DNA of 56,714 nucleotides, counting the filler, from Trypethelium eluteriae (Eukaryota), in NCBI GenBank assembly GCA_051942245.1. It is 3 parts of 3 records of this genome, joined end to end, with 100 filler letters (N's around TTAATTAATTAA, not from the genome) between each part and the next. Parts side by side here need not be neighbours in the genome. Positions count along the whole stretch, not along the records: positions 1 to 18,855 come from JAVECL010000546.1; positions 18,956 to 37,806 come from JAVECL010000547.1; 1 more part is not named here. One strand, written 5' to 3'. This document shows, one piece after another, positions 11,988 through 24,149 of the stretch (position 1 is the first letter of the stretch; the number at the start of each line of letters is the position of its first letter). A model generated the notes under the pieces. It saw nothing but the letters and a program-made list of their open reading frames with translations. It did not search any database and was not told the origin of the DNA. Made by a program: the position numbers and the translations under genes.

Positions 11988-14062
11988 GGCAAGCAGTACT
12001 GGATTTACCTTCTATTTGAGAGGAGGGGCTCGCGGTAGGGCAAGTTTACCAACGGTCTGGCCAGCAGGGAAAGTAAAATGCTCTGTGGGAGTAGAGCAAT
12101 CTAGGTACTGCGAAGTGCTTCTGAATGCATGTAGCAGACGCTGAAATGTGTATACGAAAGTAGTTGAGCTGAGTTGAGTAAGGCGTTCGAGCGCTGGTTA
12201 ACGAGTGTAAAGGCCTACACAGAGGTATTCTAGAAATGAATGACAGAACGCAGATACAAAGAACTGCGTCTAAAAGAGAATGAAAGCGTTGGAGTTGGAA
12301 AAGGTGGAAAACGAGAAGGATGGAGCTCATATATTCAAATGCTTGTGCCACTGCTTGGCCCCTACATCGGACCTGTCTACCGGTGCATCGTCTGCCGCCA
12401 ATTGCGTGCCCCTTCATGGTGGGGTTTGGGATGAAACGGTGAAACAACCACCCAAAGGTGGGTGACAAGGGGCGCCGATCAGATGGCCTGCAAGCTGAGC
12501 CGCCACGCCTACTCAGTGGGCCAAACCGCCTTTCCCCCCGTCGGGTTGATGGGAAAGATGGGGCTGCACGCAAAAGGCAGTTGTTGGAGCGGTGTAAGAA
12601 AAGCTCACGTACCATCGTCAGGCTTTGCATGTCCTGGTTGATACCAAAGCTCATGATGCTCGTTACACTGGTGGCGCTTGTGGCGCTTGTGGCGGATAGA
12701 ATTCCATTGAGCGTGTGGACATCCGAATCCATCGTGATCAAACACCAGCATGCGATGTCTACAAGATAGGAGATCTGATCGTAGGGGGAAGTCTTAGAGT
12801 ACGATACCACTTTCTCGCGAGATACATGCCAGGCCGACGATCGTTGCTGAAGCAGGCGGTGGCAGGGCTAAATCATGAGGTACTCGCCGGGTACGCCGAT
12901 CCGCAATAGGGGCGCACATGCAGGCACAGCACTGTAGCACCGTAGGATGCGCCCGGGTCAGCGCTTCGCTTCCAGACTATTTCCTGTTGGCGTTAAGAGG
13001 TGAAACGACCCACACCGCGGATCCAGCTATTAAAACATTGCTCAAAAAATCTCGACCGTGTCCTTGGCCGCCTTGACATTTGACCAGATCCTTAGCAAAG
13101 ATCATCCCACCCGGCAGCTTAAGGGATACAGAAGCTGCAACTATTACTCCGTACTCTACAGGAACCTTCTCGGTGACGCTGCCAGGGGTAATAACGCATC
13201 TGTCAGATGCCATTGGGTTCTGCTATGACAACCCTCAGCAGTTTCGCGGGGCCAATATTCGAGATTCCGCAACATCCCTCCAAACCTCTATTGCTCCCTA
13301 TCTACAAAGGCTGTTCCGTGTCCCTTAGCTCTCTTGGATTCTTACTTGCCATGGTCACTTGCGTAGTCCTGCCTTATCGCGTACAAAATTTCTCGTCGGT
13401 GTCGCAACGTCCGATGTTACTTCAGCCAGGCCTTTCAGAGAAAGACTTGCAGGCAAAAGCTCATCTTTGGATCTTACATGAGGCGCAGCGGCTTCACTCA
13501 AACATGGGCCAAGTCGAGTCTGTCTCCACTCAACCCTACAATCAACTCTACCATCTCTTTACTTCACCAAGCTTTCAAACTAGCGACAATCAGTCTCTAC
13601 AATGTGCAGTTGCACCTTTGTCAGTGGAAGTTTTTTATTATGTCATGTCCGTCCAACCTTTTCGCATCGGCAAAGGCTAATGCCGAAGAACACAAATAAA
13701 GGCCCAAAATTTCATTCCCGCTCTCCCATTCTCAACGCTGATAGCAAAATGAGGTCACAAAGCCATGAAATCTCCAAAGGAGTCTTGCTCACTTGCATCC
13801 TTTATTCAACACTGCGAAATAACAAAGAACCACCAGAGGGTGAAAGTAGAAGTGTCGAAATTGACAAAGCTTGCTAAAATTGACAGTGGCGAAATATGTA
13901 AACGTTGAACATCCGGAAGGCCTTAGGTTCCAGGACGATGGATAGAACTCGGTAGGGCATCTATTAAAAAAGTCAGTAGAAGAGCTATGTCGTCCCGGAG
14001 CCTATGAGTGTCCCACTGGCATATCTGACCCCCTCTCTTGGTGAGATCTCCTCTATCAAGGT

Positions 14063-14962
14063 CTAGGGCCTTTCGCGTCTCGTCTGTGGCGCCGTGGCTG
14101 CTCTCGTTCGTGCCTCACTTTGCGTCGGATGCTCAAACGTCGGCGTACTGCTCACAGGCACGATATTCTCTTCGATTCCTTTCGTTGGCACGTCTTCTGA
14201 AGTCTTGCCTTGCTCCTCCGCAGGGAGAGTAGCAGACACCTTCTCAGATCCTTTCTCCACACCTGTGTCGTAGCTTGCGGTTGTGGGAAGGGGAGCAATG
14301 GGTTCATCCACGCAGAAATGGTGACCTGCGCTGCATAGCTTGGGCCGGGGATAATAATCCTTCCCGTTGTTACAGTAGTTGTTTGCAGCGTTGCATACAC
14401 GTGGATTGGGATTGGTCTCGCGCTTAGACTGCTTTACCTCTTTGTTCGTAAGGGTAGCAGGGAGAGTAACAGACACTTTCTCAGATCCTTTCTCCACACC
14501 TGTGTCGTAGCTTGCGATTGTGGAAAGGGGAGCAATGGTTCCACTCTGGCAGAAATCGTTCCATACACCACACATGTTGGGCCGGGGATGATAGTCCTCC
14601 CCGTTGTTACAGTAGTTATTGTGAGGGTTGCATACATATGCATTGGGATTGGCCTCGCGCTTCAACTGCTTCGCCTCTTCATTCGTAAGGGTAGCAGGGA
14701 GAGTAGCAGATACCTTCTCGGATCCTTTCTCCACAGCTGTGTCGTAGCTTGCGACTGCGGAAAGGGGAGCAAGGGCTCCACGCTGGCAGAAATCGTTCCA
14801 TGCACCGCATAGCTTGGGATTTGCATCGCGGTTAATAGTGCCGGGGTCCGCTCCAGGTAGCGGCTGTGCTGCAGCACGAGGGCTGTTTGCAGCGTGGTGA
14901 GGCCATGCAAATGTCACGGTTGTCAAGCTCAAGTGAGCAATGGCCATGCATAAGGTCTTCAT
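14063..14962 (-). CDS. Secreted Kex2-processed repeat protein (KEP-like) with five C-x6-C peptide cores
   Basis: MKTLCMAIAHLSLTTVTFA signal-like N-terminus. 79-aa repeats with KR-EA-NP-NA and KR-ET-NP-NP processing-type sites. Cores CGAWNDFC, CNPHNNYC, CGVWNDFC, CNAANNYC, CSAGHHFC. Confidence 0.8.
   Translation of the reverse strand: MKTLCMAIAHLSLTTVTFAWPHHAANSPRAAAQPLPGADPGTINRDANPKLCGAWNDFCQRGALAPLSAVASYDTAVEKGSEKVSATLPATLTNEEAKQLKREANPNAYVCNPHNNYCNNGEDYHPRPNMCGVWNDFCQSGTIAPLSTIASYDTGVEKGSEKVSVTLPATLTNKEVKQSKRETNPNPRVCNAANNYCNNGKDYYPRPKLCSAGHHFCVDEPIAPLPTTASYDTGVEKGSEKVSATLPAEEQGKTSEDVPTKGIEENIVPVSSTPTFEHPTQSEARTRAATAPQTRRERP
14221..14830. repeat. 237-bp imperfect tandem repeat (~2.5 copies), coding
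   Basis: CAGGGAGAGTA... recurs at 14221, 14458 and 14695, a period of 237 bp = 79 codons. Confidence 0.93.
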
Positions 14963-17351
14963 CGTTAATATCGAAACTGCTGTGACGAAGGTCCGCCAAG
15001 ATAATCGCCCAGGCAAGTCCTCGGGTAGTAGGGGGTTTGTGAACTATCTTGTCTGTGATTTGAACGATGAGCAACGCGAATTTATAGGGTACGAATGGGA
15101 GATTGTGGGTTTGCCCAAATCTACCTTACGCGGCTGGGGGGTTCCTCAACTGGTAATTAATACAATGTTATTTCGACCTTGCTGTTAGAACCATGTTGGC
15201 CCATGTTCTCCGTAGGAAGTGAGCGAGACTTTTAGGGGACGCGAGTGCATGGAATGATCAATAATAGTGGTGAAGGTTATGGAGTTTCGCTTTACTAGTC
15301 TGTACCATCATGCCTCACTTGGATGCCTGACGGAGATTGCAGTAGACGCTACCTGGGGTCTGTGTCACGTTCGACGTTGTCTACTTTGACCTCTCGAATT
15401 AATTTTGTGAATGCTGTAAGAGTATCACAAAGAGGTGATACCCGGCAGGTGCAGGAGCCTGCTGTATTTGTACAAATCCGATGATTCGCAAGAACTCAAC
15501 TGTTTTCACTTCTCTCCCTCCCATTATATGGATTCAATGCAAGTACCTAGACGTGCCGGATTCGCGTTCCGGGCTAATTATTGCTGGTCTCGATTACATT
15601 TTCGGTGCCAGATCTATCACGATGCCACTAGGTCTTTCGCCCCGTTTCCGAGAATTTTCCGCCTGTTCAGCTACCTGATACCGTCTACTGGACTGTATCT
15701 GGTATCGAGAATCAAACAAGTCGCAATTCTGAGATAGTTTCCAACAGAGTTAATCTATCACCGAGATAATTGAACCGACATTGCGCTGATAATGAAGACC
15801 GAGACCTCTTGCTTACTCTTCAGCTAATACGTCGTCTAATCTTGCATTTGATATCTCGTTAGGGTATATTTAAAAGTTCGATTTCGAAGAGATAATTGTT
15901 ATCAACCGAGACTTAAAATGCTTCTTTCGTTGAGGTACACTGAACAGAAGGCAGGCATCGAACCGCGGAAGCAACACAAGCTCTCTGGGGATAGTAAGCC
16001 ACGCCTCCTTGGTACCGAATTTCGTTTGTCGCGTCTGATTAATTTGATTAAATTTGTCCTGCTCGAACGGCCATACCCAAAATCATGTTTGTAGGCGTGC
16101 CTGCTGAACCCGCTTTAGTCCAAAACATGGTCAAAACTTGATGAGTCCAATTATTTCAAGCCTTTAAGATCTCCCATTCCGTTAGTAAGATGCATTACAA
16201 CGGCTCTCTTCTTTTCCATACGGAACACACTCTAATGGTCGTGAAGAGCTGATCGATGACTCAGTATGAATGCACACAGAGACGATATCGTGAATCGGTT
16301 CAGAGGGAGGAGAGACAATACTATTCTATGACCGTAGCTATTAGGAGTTCCGACGCTGGGGTCTTAACATACTAAATAGAGGCTGGCGCAAGGCATCGAA
16401 TTCGCACTCGTGTTAAGAAGACGAATTTAAGGCTTTTTGTTTGGCGCTTTCGCGGCCTCAGCCTTGTATGCTATCGGGCCAGTGCATCGCCTGTTTTAGA
16501 CGACGTTTTGGAGTTCCGTAAGCCTGCTATTTTAACATTAACCACAGCGGTATCATTACGCTATTCTACTTAGCCTAACCCCAAACACATAGCTCAGCCC
16601 TGTCCCAAACCATATTCGCATAATGACTTTTTTAGCCTCCAAACTAGTAAAACATACAGAAGTATCGTTTGGAGAAAGGAAGAGGGGAAAAAAAGGAAAT
16701 CGTTTCTAGATAATACATAATCTGGTACAGTCCATAGCAATATGCATTCGCTTGAAGAGAGTGAGGTGCATTAAATAGGAATAGAAAATAGGTTTGCACA
16801 CGACAGGACTGAAAGACGAAGTCGGAGGGGGTTCAGTGGGTAGGTAGAAGGAGACGAAACAGACACGTGTATTGGGTATGTTTGAAAAAAGACTGGGGCG
16901 ATGTTTGATATATGAGAAGACACAAGGGGAAGAGATCGAGAGATCAAGCTGTGTGTCATGAGAAGGCTCGATGACGAGACGAGCGTGCTCACAATGAAGC
17001 ACGGATATGCAAAAGCTACGCTCATGTGAAGGGTTCCGACAACTCGCCAGAAATGAATGGAGCAAATAGACAACAAAAGATGTCAAAATACCGCCAAAGC
17101 CCCATCTCTAAAAACGTAACGTGGTCAAAGACGTCCGTTGGAATATGCGCTTTCTTCAATGGTCATGATTTGCGTGAGCACGTAACGTTTGAAGTCCCAC
17201 CCAACTGCATCGATTATTTCCAAAGTGTGTGTTTTCCAGTAGAGTCGAAACGTGGGCATTCTTCTTCCGGACCCACCCCTCAGTTCTTCGTTTTTATTTT
17301 TCATTAAACTCCTCATATTCATCTCTATCGGCGTTATTGCTTTTCTTTATT

Positions 17352-18486
17352 TTAATCGTTTCTGGATTCCGGTAATGTGGGGCCGGTCGTTATCGGTTTA
17401 GTTGCTGGCTGTGTCTCCTCCCTGCTTGATCCTGAAGGCAGCGGCGCCATCCCGGGGCCTTCTACAGGTATGCTGGGTTTGGATATTGCTGGACTATCTA
17501 GCGACGTAATCGTGATTCGTGAAGGTGTTTCGCGTGGCTCTGCAGCCGGCGTTGGACTTCCCACCACCCCCATTGTCCCTTCTTGTTGCTGTACACTCTG
17601 CTTCTGCTTGCTTGAAGGAGATTCTGCGGACTGCTCGGAGCCTGGAGCAGCAGGTGCTGTTGGCGTTGACAATGTCTTTTCCGTAGAGAGCGCGAGAGCT
17701 GGGTTGGTGGGAGAGCCGGCAGTTGCTTGAGATACGTCGGTTGTCATTGATGTCCTTGGAGAAGGCTGATCTGCTCTCCCTGCACGCGGTCGCTTTGGTG
17801 GTGGGTAAGGTTCTCCTCTCGCAGCTGCTTCTTCAGCCTTCCTAGCCATCTCAGCATTGGTTGGTCGGCCCCGTTTTTTCCTCGCTGGCTCCTCTAGGTT
17901 GGGAGAGAAGGTTATCGAGCCTCCTGGAGGCTTCGGCTGGATCATCCGTCCCCCAGAACTACTGATTGGGCCCTCCATCGGTGGCGGCAGTCGACGTGTT
18001 CCTAACGGTTCCACTGGAGGTGCATAAGACGGGTACCTTGCATAGACAGGGTGACCCGAGTAGATAGCTTGTAGTTCTGTGTAAGCCATCTGGCAGGATT
18101 TCATAGACCGTCCTTGAAATATGATGTCAGTCAGGGCATCAGGCTGAGGCTTTACAGGATAGGGTTGAGGTTTAGTATGCAAGAGAGATGATATATCATC
18201 AAAGGTAGAGCATTTTGTATCTGGAGGACCTGCTTACCCACTGGCAAGGCTATGTCCTCCCACCTGGGCTGGACGCGCAGATCTTGCATGATTCTAAAAA
18301 GATCATTGGAGTTTACCGGAGCAGCCTTCAGTATTTCGGCCAGGAGAGCGACCTGGATAAGAGTGCAATTAGTATTGCCCTTTGGAGCAGTACCGGTCAT
18401 GGGTATATGCGCTGCACGGATGTTGACAGCACGCAAAGGCTCACCCTTTCGTATTCAGTCCATGGCCGATCCGGTGGAGCGTCCAT
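17352..18486 (-). CDS. Fungal hypothetical protein with AT-hook-like motif
   Basis: Three exons spliced in frame: MDAPPDRPWTEYER | VALLAEILK...WEDIALPV | GRSMKSCQ. Introns have GTGAG and GTAAG donors. RKKRGRPT motif and Pro/Ser-rich tail. Confidence 0.8.
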
Positions 18487-18855
18487 TATTCCCCAGGTAC
18501 CAACGTCCAGCCTTCGTCAGATAAGGTGCAGGGCCGACCCATGCGAGGTCACTCGATACCTAAAGCCAGCATTCGAGCTCGGTCCAAGATAAAGGAAAGG
18601 GCGCGCGGATCGCACGGATGGAAAAGAGCAAAGAAAGGTGGTCACTAGCGGAGGGTCATTAAGGCGTTAAGAACAAAATCATAAGGGAAATAAAATTCCG
18701 CGGTAGGAAGAGGAAGAGGAAGAGGACGAGCAACAAGCGGCGGCGGGCGAGGAGCGAAGGAAGGTAAGAGAAAGGCCAATAGACAAAGAGAACGAATGGC
18801 GCTGGGCAGAGCGAGGCTGAGGGTGGAAGAGGGAGGCCGGGGGAAAGGGGAGCTG

Positions 18856-18955
18856 NNNNNNNNNNNNNNNNNNNNNNNNNNNNNNNNNNNNNNNNNNNNT
18901 TAATTAATTAANNNNNNNNNNNNNNNNNNNNNNNNNNNNNNNNNNNNNNNNNNNN
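18856..18955. other. Assembly spacer N44-TTAATTAATTAA-N44
   Basis: Exactly 100 bp with a central 12-mer carrying stops in all six frames. Identical to the spacer at 37807. Confidence 0.97.
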
Positions 18956-18960
18956 CTTCC

Positions 18961-18961
<1 letters not shown>

Positions 18962-19009
<48 letters not shown>
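18962..19009 (+). repeat. A48 homopolymer at the contig edge (inside an intron of the SET gene)
   Basis: On the minus strand a GTAAG donor is followed directly by T48. Confidence 0.85.
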
Positions 19010-19010
<1 letters not shown>

Positions 19011-19011
<1 letters not shown>

Positions 19012-19833
19012 TACTGCGTTACCTTCATCTCGGCAAGCTGAACAATCACAAACGAATCCATATCTGGACAGAGTCTCTGCCCTATGGCTCTTTGTCTGAG
19101 CCAGCTCGCAGTATGCTACGCAGAGCTCCTCCCCTTCTGCGATGTCTCTCACGGCATGCACCGTTAGCATCTGCAAGATGGAATTCCATGTGAAGTGGCA
19201 GTTAGGCACACAACTGTGATTTATTCTGCTGACTGTCTCAAAGATAGCGCTGGCAGATTGATGATTTTTAGAAATATCCACGCAATTGGTCTGATAAGTT
19301 GTGTATATGGAGCGCTCTAGCTGAGCCGCGGCACCATTAGGATCGGGGCTTGAACCATCAGGCCAGGCGCGCGGGTCTGAGTTGTGGCAGGATTCGAGAT
19401 CGAGAAAGGCCTGCTGAGAGGAGGCTGACAGTTTTTGGAAGGCTTTTTCAACTGCATACTCAGAGGGGCACAAGCCTTCAACGACCAATAGCGGTCTCTC
19501 AGCAACGATTCTGGTCCCACAACTGATGAACTCTGAGGCAAATAAACCTTTGCCCTTGCCATGAATGTCGCGAAGGACATAGAGGTCGATTGCTTGATTT
19601 GCTGCGGACTTGTTTAGGCTCGCTCGCACAGTCAGTAAAAGATGAGCCGTCGGACCCCTCGCTAGACCTTGACATGACGTGATTTGATGCCGTGTCTGTA
19701 CGCACTTCAACTGGTCTCGGGATAGCTGTTGAGTGATGCTCAAAAGTCGATGTTCCTGCAAGTCGTGACTCAAGGGCCCACAAAGGTTTTCGAAAGAGGC
19801 GACGTAAAAATCGGCGCTTAAGTTTACCGTCAA
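19011..19833 (-). CDS. SET-domain protein (SMYD/Set5-like lysine methyltransferase); 3' part lost in the gap, start uncertain
   Basis: GKGKGLFASEFISCGTRIVAERPL, SRINHSCVPN, AVRDIAEGEELCVAY and post-SET YGFVCDCSAC. Confidence 0.85.
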
Positions 19834-20634
19834 ACTTCATTGTTGTGAGTGAACACGAGATGATCTCCAAGAAGAGATTCTAGGAAAGACCTTCTTGGGC
19901 CATGCGCATGACGGTGTATGACTGGGAAGTTGCGTTACGATAAGCGAGGTGGATCTCCTAGAACATGAAGCCGAAAATCCACTCGGACGACACGAGAAGT
20001 GATTTGGAGCGTCTCCAAAGATTCAGCTCAAAGGTGTCTTCGTTGTGATCAGGTAATCTCATTGCATTCAGGCTCTTCCATGTAGAATAATCGAATTATG
20101 CACTCAACAAGCGACGTCTTCACTCTTTGACACTGCCTGATCTCTAACGACTCGTCCCAAAGCCATCTCCACAAGCATATAGCCATTCGAGTTTGGTGCA
20201 ACACTTCAGGATATTTGACCTCTCGGATTGTTCTTCATGTATCGGGAATTACGGAAAGGCATAGGTCTTGTTACAACAGGATTCTGTGATTTCAGTTTCC
20301 GCATTTTTGGGGTTCTCTTCGCGAAGAAAGCAAATGAATGGACGATGGCCGTGTATAGCGACGAACCACGAACTGGTTGGTTCAGCCACGAATCTTTGAT
20401 ATAGTGTTTCGAAATAGCGAAAGTAGGTGGATACGTAGGTGTTTACAGTGCTCTACTCTACCTGTTCCACGTTGGTGATGGCGCTGTAAGGCTGACGTGA
20501 TCATGGCACATCTTTCTGCAGGGTCCGACACATCCGCCCTCGGTCCAATCGTCGGTCATCGAATTCAAAAATGACGCCTGATTATCATCCCAACCCAGAA
20601 TGTCTTCCCACGTACCTTCCAATCTCTCCAGACC

Positions 20635-21809
20635 ATGCCTGACCTCCCTGCGCACGCATCTCCTGCCTCAGTGCCCCAGCGCTGGTCCAATTCCTCTCAT
20701 TCCGAACAGCAATTACTAGACTTCCGGCTTAACCACCATGACCACCCTCCCCTCCTCAGCCCCGCCTTTACACCACCTGCAACGCCGGGGACGGGGACGC
20801 CCGCCATAGAACGAGATGCACATTCCATACCCGTGGACACCTCCTCCGAGCCGGCATCGAACCTGCTGGAAAGTCTACCGGAAGTCAATTGCGTGGTACG
20901 AGCCCGAATACCCACGACCACTGGCCAAGAGATGTTCCTCCACCTCTACCAGAACAACGTCGACAATAAGGAACACCTCGCCATCGTCTTTGGCAACCAG
21001 ATCCGCAGCCGTAGCCTTGATGCCCCTCGCGAAGGCGAGACCGAAATGGCCCGCATGATCCGGGGCGCCTATACAGGACGGCTGTATCCAGGTCGATCGC
21101 ACTCGCGCGTCGAGCAGCTCAAGCACGACACCCTAGGCGGCAGCAATTCCTCGACATCGATCTCGTCGACCTCGCGCGCCCCTTCTGCCTCTCCCACCGC
21201 CTCGCCTTTGTCTCCCCAAGAGCCTAAAGCGCCACTCGTACGCATCCATTCGGAGTGCTATACGGGTGAGACCGTGTGGTCCGCTCGATGTGACTGCGGC
21301 GAACAGCTCGACGAAGCCGCGCGCTTGATGTCCCTACCCAGCAATCTGCCGCCTTACTCCAGCGGCGGTGTGATCATTTACTTGCGGCAGGAAGGACGGG
21401 GCATCGGGCTGAGCGAGAAGTTGAAGGCATATAATCTGCAGGATCTCGGGAGCGATACGTTTGAGGCGAATGTGCTGCTAAGACATCCTGCGGATGCGCG
21501 GAGCTACGGGTTGGCGACGAGCATGCTGGTGGATTTGGGTTTGGGTAGAGGGGAGGATGGGCAGAGCGGAATTCGGCTGTTGACGAATAATCCGGACAAG
21601 ATCCGAGCGGTGGAGGGGCCGGGAAGGGAGGTAGTGGTGAAGGAGCGGGTTGCGATGATTCCGTTGGCATGGAAAAAGGGTGGGAGGGGGAGTGAGGAGG
21701 TCGAAAAGTATCTTTCTACTAAGGTGAGTTTGAACGTCCGGTACCCATTCGCGATTGCTAACGGGAGGAATAGATAGAGAAGTTCAAGCATATGTTGAGC
21801 ACTGGGTGA
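20635..21809 (+). CDS. RIB1: GTP cyclohydrolase II (riboflavin biosynthesis)
   Basis: [55 protein letters not shown]. Terminal intron ~21724-21774, then [11 protein letters not shown]. Confidence 0.95.
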
Positions 21810-22147
21810 ACGACCTACACGCATATTGCATTTCGGTTCTTCGGGCGCGGCGTTCACAGATATGGGAGTTCCTATTGGCGACATCATGACCATTTCCTAT
21901 CCTTAACGAGGTATGATTATGCCACGGTGGATAGCTTGTGGTGCGAAGCGAAGACCGAAAATCTCGTGTACAAAGAATTTAGACAAAGGCAAAAGCTGCT
22001 GCAGAAATGCACGTTTGGTGTCACTGATACAGCAGAAGATAACATCAGTTGAGAAATTTCGTCACCAGCACACCAAAACTTACAAATAAGCAGCCAAGAT
22101 GCTTTCAATCTGCCTTATATTGGCCCCAGAGACGTTATAGACATCAA

Positions 22148-23067
22148 TCAACCAATTTGGTATACTGATCCGTCTCCCAACTCTGCTGGAACAGGTTCTG
22201 AACTCTGTCCTTGCAGTTCAGCCGGATTCTCGGGTTTCGCGCGTTGTGATCGCTTCTGACACTGCGGGTATGCTTGGTACTGAGAGTTTTCTTTGTCGGG
22301 TATGCTTAGAGCTGGTCCTTCAGCTGGACTCGGTGATTTCCTTCGCCTCCATAAGAGGAATATAGCCAGGCTGACAAGGGCCAATGCTCCGACCGATACA
22401 CCAACACCAATCCCAGCTCTTGCACCATCCGTGAGACCTGGAGATGGGACGGCTGGAGTATCTGAAGGCGAAGATACAGCTACCGGGGTAGTAGCTGGGG
22501 TCGAGGATACCGTAGTCGGCGTTGAAGACGATGTCAGGCCAGAGGGTGTCACATCAGCTGCGAGAACGAGGAGGCCAGGGCTTGATAGCTCCTGTGAATT
22601 TGACGTATATGTTGTATTCGGACTTTTAAATCGTTGCACGTACTTTGCGCTTATAGACAGATAGTGATCCGGAATGTCCACAGTCCAAGCAAGATTTCCG
22701 GGGACACTGAGGTCGACACTCTCTATTTTGTAAGCGGTCAACTTCAGAATCCGTGAGATAGAAGCATTCTATAGATCCGAACGTACTTACGTTTGAGCAG
22801 ACTGGCATATTGATTCAGGTTCCAATCAAATGAAGTGCACCACAGATACACATCTGTTACTGAGGCATCAAAGTACCGGGATGAATTCACAGCATTCCAT
22901 GACAACGGGATGGTCTGATCATTCGTGAAAGTTAGGCTAAGATCCTTAGCATTTCCGGCGGGTGTATTCCAGAGAGACTGTTGAACTGTTTGCGTAGCTA
23001 CCGAGGTGAAAAAGAGATACAAAGCGTACACAGAAGTTCGAGGACCCCATATGTTGCCTGTCATCAC
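22148..23067 (-). CDS. Single-pass type I membrane protein (signal peptide, Ser/Thr stalk, Mid2-like TM)
   Basis: Two exons with an intron at ~22790-22723. TM segment GLTDGARAGIGVGVSVGALALVSLAIFLLWRRRK; cytoplasmic PAEL motifs. Confidence 0.8.
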
Positions 23068-24149
23068 GAATTTGGCGTATGCAGTTGTAGAAAGGTCTCT
23101 AGAGTGTAGGGGAAAGCAAAGAAGGGCAACGCCAATGAGAGGTTTTGTCTCGCAATATTGAAAATATACTCAGAGTGCACATCTTCGAACTGCAATGATC
23201 TCTCATATAGCCTGGACGCAACGCAGGCGATAGCCAACAAGGCAGATATTGCTGTACAGTACGGTTCAGCCATTTTGTGCCGCAGGTCCGCGGGGCCATC
23301 AGCAACCCTATCGAGCGAAAGATCATTTCCCCTTTATCTTTGGACATGGGATTGAAAAAGTAAAGACGATTCATCCGTGCATCTCACCTAAAGATCTCAT
23401 TCGTGATCCTGGGCTGTCGAGGTTGTGTGGCGTGGTGTGGTACTGCACAGCTTGTTGCAGGCACACAAATGTTGAGAGATAGCTTTACAGATACGAGAGC
23501 TGCATGAGTAGCAAGGAACGCAATATGGTAATTACGGACTTAGAGAAAACTGTTCAAGCAAAAATGTAATTTGGTGAAATATGTGGGAAGAGGTTCTCTT
23601 GAAAGATGGTACGAAGCCCTACTCTAGAGTACCTACCTAACCTAACCTTAGGCAGCAAGGCGTGCACGGCTACTCCCGAGGCAGAGTACTCTATGTACTC
23701 TATCGTATGGATATTTGGACGCAACCATCCTTGTCAAATCGTGCACGCAATGTTGCAGACATTGGGCGTTACACCGTTTCAGAAATACCACCTGCACGAA
23801 GTAATTGTCCTGGCTTTTATGAGCTGAGCCGTGCGACCAAGGTCACGGAGTGGGGGCTTTCTGTTGCCACTTAATAAATCGACAAAATTGGCTTGGGTGG
23901 AGCAGTGTGATTGGATTTGCATCCAAGCGCCGCTGCATGTAGCGCGGTATGTTGCCTTTTATTGAATCGCTTAGCTCGGAAGACCTCTGAGACCTACTGT
24001 TGCAAGTCAGCCTTGCTCTTCGCAGCATGTGTGTCTACATTCTAGCACCTTGCCCAAATCATCGAATCCCCTTCTACTTAGTCCCTATCGCTTTTATTAC
24101 ACAATGAGCTTCGAAAGTGCCTGTAACAGTGGTGTATAACATCACCGTC

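Noticed and set aside
12046..12810. 254-aa minus-strand ORF upstream of GH5
   Set aside because: Non-ATG start, no motifs, composition like promoter/UTR sequence. The SATSATSAT run only reflects a 9-bp repeat.
13080..13699. Short plus-strand ORFs downstream of the KEP-like gene as a tailoring gene
   Set aside because: No recognisable motifs and no consistent splice model.
14221..14830. Repeat-with-variable-segment pattern as a CRISPR-like array
   Set aside because: Eukaryotic, in-frame 237-bp coding repeat; the variable parts are homologous to each other, not unique spacers.
18900..18911. Palindromic TTAATTAATTAA, repeated at 37851-37862
   Set aside because: Embedded in fixed-length N runs; an assembly linker with six-frame stops, not biology.
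18956..19010. Poly-Phe tail in the SET ORF translation
   Set aside because: Translation of an intronic T48 tract after a GTAAG donor next to the gap.
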